Assembly: GCA_050177605.1 (NCBI GenBank)
Contig: JBFXGX010000012.1
Span: 1 to 51,139 of the forward strand
Source of the DNA: Candidatus Izemoplasmatales bacterium
GTDB lineage: Bacteria > Bacillota_I > Bacilli_A > Izemoplasmatales > Hujiaoplasmataceae
Reading direction: 5' to 3'
Length of the DNA: 51,139 nt
The notes under the pieces were generated by a model. That model saw only the letters and a list, made by a program, of their open reading frames with translations. It was not told the origin of the DNA and searched no databases. Of the stretch, positions 47,288 to 51,139 are shown piece by piece (the stretch's first letter is position 1; each line of letters starts with the position of its first letter). Position numbers and translations under genes: made by a program.

Positions 47288-47962
47288 ATGAACTACCATG
47301 CATTAGCGATTGATGGACCTGCTGGCGCGGGTAAATCTTCTGTCGCAAAAATCGTTGCACAGCGTTTAAATTATATTTATATCGATACTGGGGCAATGTA
47401 CCGAGCTACTACCTTGAAAGCCCTAAAATTAGGGATAGATATCAATGATCCGTTACAATTTGATTTTCTTGATCATACGGAGATGACATTTGTAAATGGG
47501 GTTTTGTATATGGACCATTTAGATGTTACTTTAGATATCAGAAGTAACGATGTTAGTAATAATGTGAGTGTTGTAGCTAGTCATATTCCAGTGAGAAATA
47601 AACTTGTTTCTATCCAACAAAAGATATCAAAAAATGCAAATGTTGTGATGGATGGAAGAGATATTGGCACCGTTGTGCTGCCACATGCAGATTTAAAAAT
47701 CTTCATGAGTGCTACCGTTGAAGAAAGAGCACGAAGAAGATACGAAGAGAATATTGCCTTAGGTATTAAATCAAACTATGAAAAATTGATTCAAGAGATT
47801 AAACGTCGTGATAAAATTGATTCTTCTCGTAGTTATAATCCATTAAGGCAAGCTGAAGATGCGATTTATTTGGATACATCCAATCTAAATTTAGAAGAAG
47901 TATCCGAAAAAATATATAAGATGTTTATAGATACTTTACAGACTAAAGGGAGTGAAATTTAA
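47288..47962 (+). CDS. cmk: Cytidylate kinase
   Basis: AIDGPAGAGKSS, DTGAMYRA, MDGRDIGTVV. Confidence 0.97.
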   Translation: MNYHALAIDGPAGAGKSSVAKIVAQRLNYIYIDTGAMYRATTLKALKLGIDINDPLQFDFLDHTEMTFVNGVLYMDHLDVTLDIRSNDVSNNVSVVASHIPVRNKLVSIQQKISKNANVVMDGRDIGTVVLPHADLKIFMSATVEERARRRYEENIALGIKSNYEKLIQEIKRRDKIDSSRSYNPLRQAEDAIYLDTSNLNLEEVSEKIYKMFIDTLQTKGSEI

Positions 47963-49341
47963 TGGACATTAAAGTTCCAAAGGTAGGAGAGATTCTTACA
48001 GGTACCGTGGTAAAAGTAACACAAGAAGAAGTGCTAGTCGATGTAGGATATATGTTTGAAGGATCCATTTACAAAGACCATTTATCAACGAAGAAAGTAA
48101 ATGATGCACGTGAATTTGTAAAAGTGGGAGATACGATTGATGCGAAAGTCACCAAGATTTCTCACGGAGATCAAACAAACGCTTTACTCTTATCTCGTTT
48201 AGATATTGAAAAAGCAGAAGTCAGAGAAAAACACATTGAAGAACTTCAAGTTGGAAAAACAATCCATGCGACTGTAAAAAGAACAAATCCTGGCGGACTT
48301 GAACTTGATTATCATGGTATTTCACTATTTATGCCAAATTCAATGATTGATTTACAAAATACAACTGAAGAAGATAAAAAAGCATTACTAGGTAGTAATG
48401 TTGATGTATTAATCCTTGAATCAAAAGTTGTTCGTGGAAGAGAAACATTCGTTGTAAACCGCAAGCAAGTCCTTTATGATGCATTAAAAAAACAAGAAAA
48501 AGAAGAATTGGCTGGATTTAAAGTTGGTGATACTGTAAAAGGTACAGTAAAATCCATTTTAGATTTTGGTGCGATTGTTAAATTATCAGAACATGTTGAT
48601 GGTTTATTACATATTTCTGAATGTTCACAATACCATATCACAGATGTAAATGAAGTTGTGAAAGTAAATGATGAACTCACACTTAAAATTGTGAAAGTAC
48701 AAGGCAAAAAAATCAGCCTATCACTAAAAGCATTACAAGAAAATCCATGGACTGTCTTCTTAAAGAACCACAAGATTGGTGATAAAGTAACGGGTACAGT
48801 TGTCAAAAAAATGCAATTTGGTATGTTACTAGAAGTTGAAAGAGAAATCACTGGATTACTCAATCGATTTGATTATTCTTGGGATCCTCAAGACAACCTT
48901 GCAGGACGTGTTGAAGTAGGAAGTAAAATCGATGTTGAAATCATTTCAATTAATAAAGAGAAAAAACAATTCGGATTATCCAAAAAACATTTAGATTATA
49001 ATCCATGGGCTGACCTAAAATTCAAGGTCGGAGAAGTCGTCTCTGCAACCGTTAAATCTTTCCAAGATAAAGGCGCTATTGTAGAAGTTGAAGGCGTGGA
49101 TGCTTACTTACCAATTGGTGAAGTGAGTGACGAACATATTTCTAGAGTTGATGAAGCATTAAAAATTGGTGATATCCTATCTGTAGAAATTACTACATTC
49201 TTCCCAAAAGAATGGAAAATGACAGTTTCAAGAAAGAAAATTGTCGAAAAAGCTGCTAGAAAAGAATATGAAGAACAACTTAAAGATAATGTCTCTTCAA
49301 ATCAATCTTTAGCAGATTTATTCGAAAAATTCAAAAAATAA
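47962..49341 (+). CDS. rpsA: Ribosomal protein S1-like protein with apparently five S1 domains
   Basis: Repeated KVG(D/E)xxxGxV S1 starts, DGLLHISE, ISLSLK..PW; follows cmk. Confidence 0.88.
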   Translation: MDIKVPKVGEILTGTVVKVTQEEVLVDVGYMFEGSIYKDHLSTKKVNDAREFVKVGDTIDAKVTKISHGDQTNALLLSRLDIEKAEVREKHIEELQVGKTIHATVKRTNPGGLELDYHGISLFMPNSMIDLQNTTEEDKKALLGSNVDVLILESKVVRGRETFVVNRKQVLYDALKKQEKEELAGFKVGDTVKGTVKSILDFGAIVKLSEHVDGLLHISECSQYHITDVNEVVKVNDELTLKIVKVQGKKISLSLKALQENPWTVFLKNHKIGDKVTGTVVKKMQFGMLLEVEREITGLLNRFDYSWDPQDNLAGRVEVGSKIDVEIISINKEKKQFGLSKKHLDYNPWADLKFKVGEVVSATVKSFQDKGAIVEVEGVDAYLPIGEVSDEHISRVDEALKIGDILSVEITTFFPKEWKMTVSRKKIVEKAARKEYEEQLKDNVSSNQSLADLFEKFKK

Positions 49342-49362
49342 CAAACAAAAAAGGTGATTAGA

Positions 49363-50670
49363 TTGGTACCAGTTGTCGCAATTGTTGGTCGTCCAAATGT
49401 TGGTAAATCAACAATCTTCAATCGTATCATTGGTGAACGTTTATCCATAACTGATGATACCCCAGGTGTGACAAGAGACCGTATTTACGGAAAAGCTTCT
49501 TGGCTCAACCATCATTTTAATCTTATTGATACAGGGGGCATCGAGATTAGCGATGCACCTTTTTTGACTGAAATCAAAGCACAAGCGGAAATTGCAGTCA
49601 TTGAAAGTGATGTCATTGTATTTGTTGGTGATGGAAAAACAGGTCTTACCCCAGATGATCGTGTTGTTATGCAAATGTTATACGAATCTAAAAAACCGAT
49701 TATTGTCGCAGTCAATAAGATTGACAATCAAACCTTTCTTGATAACACCTATGAATTTTATGAACTTGGTGCTTCTGAAGTCATCCCAGTAAGTGGAGCC
49801 CATGGAGTTGGATTTGGTGATTTACTCGATAGCATCATTTCATACCTCCCAGAACATTCAAAAGAAGACTACGATGAAGATGTAATTCGTCTATCAATCA
49901 TTGGAAGGCCAAACGTAGGCAAATCTTCTTTAACAAATGCAATCTTAGGGATGGATCGAGTTATTGTTAGTGACGTTGTCGGCACTACCACAGATTCGAT
50001 TGACACACCATTTTCAAAAGATGATCAAGACTACGTAGTTATCGATACTGCGGGACTGAAAAAAAGAGGTAAAATTTTTGAGTCCCTTGATAAATATAGC
50101 GCCCTGAGAGCGATGCAAGCTATCGAAAGATGTGATCTTTCCTTACTTGTTATCGATGCCGCTACTGGTATTCAAGAACAAGACAAACATATCGCTGGAT
50201 ATGCCTTAGATAATGGCAAAGCGATGGTGATTGTTGTTAATAAATGGGATGCCATCGATAAAGATGATAAAACGATGGTTGAATGGACAAAAAAAATAAG
50301 ACAAGAGTTTCAGTTCTTATCTTATATTCCAATAGCTTTTGTGAGTGCTAAAAACAAAGCACGAATACCTACCTTATTTCCAATCATATTAAAAGCGTAT
50401 GAAAACTATGAACGTCGTGTTTCTACAAGTGTCTTAAATGAAGTAATCTCTGATGCAATGGAATTAAATCCACCAAAAGAACATAATCAATCGGTTGTGA
50501 AGGTCTATTATGCAACGCAAGTCGGTGTGAAACCACCAACCATTGTATTATTTGTAAATGACACTGAAGCAATACATTTTAGTTATAAACGATATTTAGA
50601 AAATAGACTACGTGAACGCTTTGATTTTGAAGGAACACCATTAAAAGTAATCTTAAGAAAAAGGACTTAA
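49363..50670 (+). CDS. der: Ribosome biogenesis GTPase Der/EngA
   Basis: Two GRPNVGKS P-loops, PGVTRD, DTGG/DTAG, NKID/NKWD; TTG 49363 after AAGGTG. Confidence 0.97.
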   Translation: MVPVVAIVGRPNVGKSTIFNRIIGERLSITDDTPGVTRDRIYGKASWLNHHFNLIDTGGIEISDAPFLTEIKAQAEIAVIESDVIVFVGDGKTGLTPDDRVVMQMLYESKKPIIVAVNKIDNQTFLDNTYEFYELGASEVIPVSGAHGVGFGDLLDSIISYLPEHSKEDYDEDVIRLSIIGRPNVGKSSLTNAILGMDRVIVSDVVGTTTDSIDTPFSKDDQDYVVIDTAGLKKRGKIFESLDKYSALRAMQAIERCDLSLLVIDAATGIQEQDKHIAGYALDNGKAMVIVVNKWDAIDKDDKTMVEWTKKIRQEFQFLSYIPIAFVSAKNKARIPTLFPIILKAYENYERRVSTSVLNEVISDAMELNPPKEHNQSVVKVYYATQVGVKPPTIVLFVNDTEAIHFSYKRYLENRLRERFDFEGTPLKVILRKRT

Positions 50671-50715
50671 AGGGCTAAATTTACAAAAAAAACACAACTT
50701 TTTAGTTCTAAGCCC

Positions 50716-50744
50716 TTGCAATTTATTTTAAAAGACTCTATAAT
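50716..50744 (+). promoter_or_regulatory. hup promoter
   Basis: TTGCAA-17 nt-TATAAT. Confidence 0.78.
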
Positions 50745-50775
50745 AGAATTAACAAAACATAGGAGGAAATAAAAT

Positions 50776-51048
50776 ATGAACAAATCTGAATTAGTTGCAC
50801 GTATTGCTGAACTAGCTGATTTAACAAAAAAAGATGCAGAAAAAGCACTTAATTCTACAGTTCTTGCTGTGCAAGAAGCTTTAGTGAAAGGTGAAAAAGT
50901 CGTTTTAACTGGCTTTGGTACTTTCGAAGTTAAAGAACGTAAAGCTCGCTCTGGTCATGATCCAAGAAGCGGTGAACTAATCTCAATTCCAGCATTAAAA
51001 GCTCCTACTTTCAAAGCCGGAAAAGTTTTAAAAGACGCTGTAAGATAA
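50776..51048 (+). CDS. hup: Histone-like DNA-binding protein HU
   Basis: MNKSELV, GFGTFEV, RKARSG..P, PTFKAGKVLKDAV; SD AGGAGG. Confidence 0.97.
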   Translation: MNKSELVARIAELADLTKKDAEKALNSTVLAVQEALVKGEKVVLTGFGTFEVKERKARSGHDPRSGELISIPALKAPTFKAGKVLKDAVR

Positions 51049-51062
51049 TTTTTTATATCAAT

Positions 51063-51091
51063 AAAACCGAGAAGAGATTCTCGGTTTTTTT
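51063..51091 (+). terminator. Intrinsic terminator
   Basis: AAAACCGAGAA-gaga-TTCTCGGTTTT-TTT. Confidence 0.9.
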
Positions 51092-51139
51092 GTTTTACAA
51101 ACTCTCCTCAAATATCCAATTGTACATTAGTACAAAATA

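Noticed and set aside
63..49792. The many 60-130 aa ORFs in the track that are antisense or out-of-frame within long genes (e.g. 2233-2499, 27820-28167, 35140-35526, 38256-38561, 48474-48863)
   Set aside because: They lie wholly or mostly within well-supported genes and show no family motifs; they look like shadow ORFs.
1..51139. CRISPR array, IS/transposase, integrase, prophage, tRNA or rRNA genes, known anti-phage systems
   Set aside because: No regularly spaced repeats, no recognisable motifs, and the intergenic regions are short and explained by promoters, terminators or leaders.

Overview
AT-rich chromosomal segment, almost entirely core genome, with nearly all genes on the + strand. 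It uses the standard bacterial code: TGA is a stop, as shown by several ATGA stop/start overlaps. The gene order is Bacilli-like (pgsA-recA-rny-ymdB-miaB-ymcA-X-mutS-mutL-miaA; rluB-cmk-rpsA-der-hup) but the sporulation genes usually found in these slots are missing. ClpB lacks its N-domain and sits under CIRCE control. Together these suggest a basal Mollicute (Acholeplasma/Izemoplasma-like); this is an inference. Contents in order: copA-copZ-csoR; a cobalamin riboswitch ahead of a DUF4430-like lipoprotein and an ECF S component; a PAS-GGDEF gene interrupted by one in-frame TAA; ferritin; clpB; a thiol/sulfur block (bcp, lpdA, cysteine desulfurase-thioredoxin-DsbD-like, cysE-cysK); hsp20; addB-addA-GH20; two Sel1-repeat genes; a serine hydrolase; a T-box-like leader with metNIQ; then housekeeping genes. 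I found no mobile element, prophage, CRISPR array, tRNA or rRNA. The best candidates for something undescribed are: (1) a tail-anchored membrane protein with up to four HeH/SAP/Rho_N-like repeats between ymcA and mutS; (2) a Met T-box leader with no canonical UGGN antiterminator; (3) an uncalled 52-codon uORF with a terminator-like hairpin upstream of cvfB-yebC; (4) a translationally coupled desulfurase-thioredoxin-membrane redox operon with a 26-bp promoter palindrome. All family calls come from reading motifs by eye; no database search was run.
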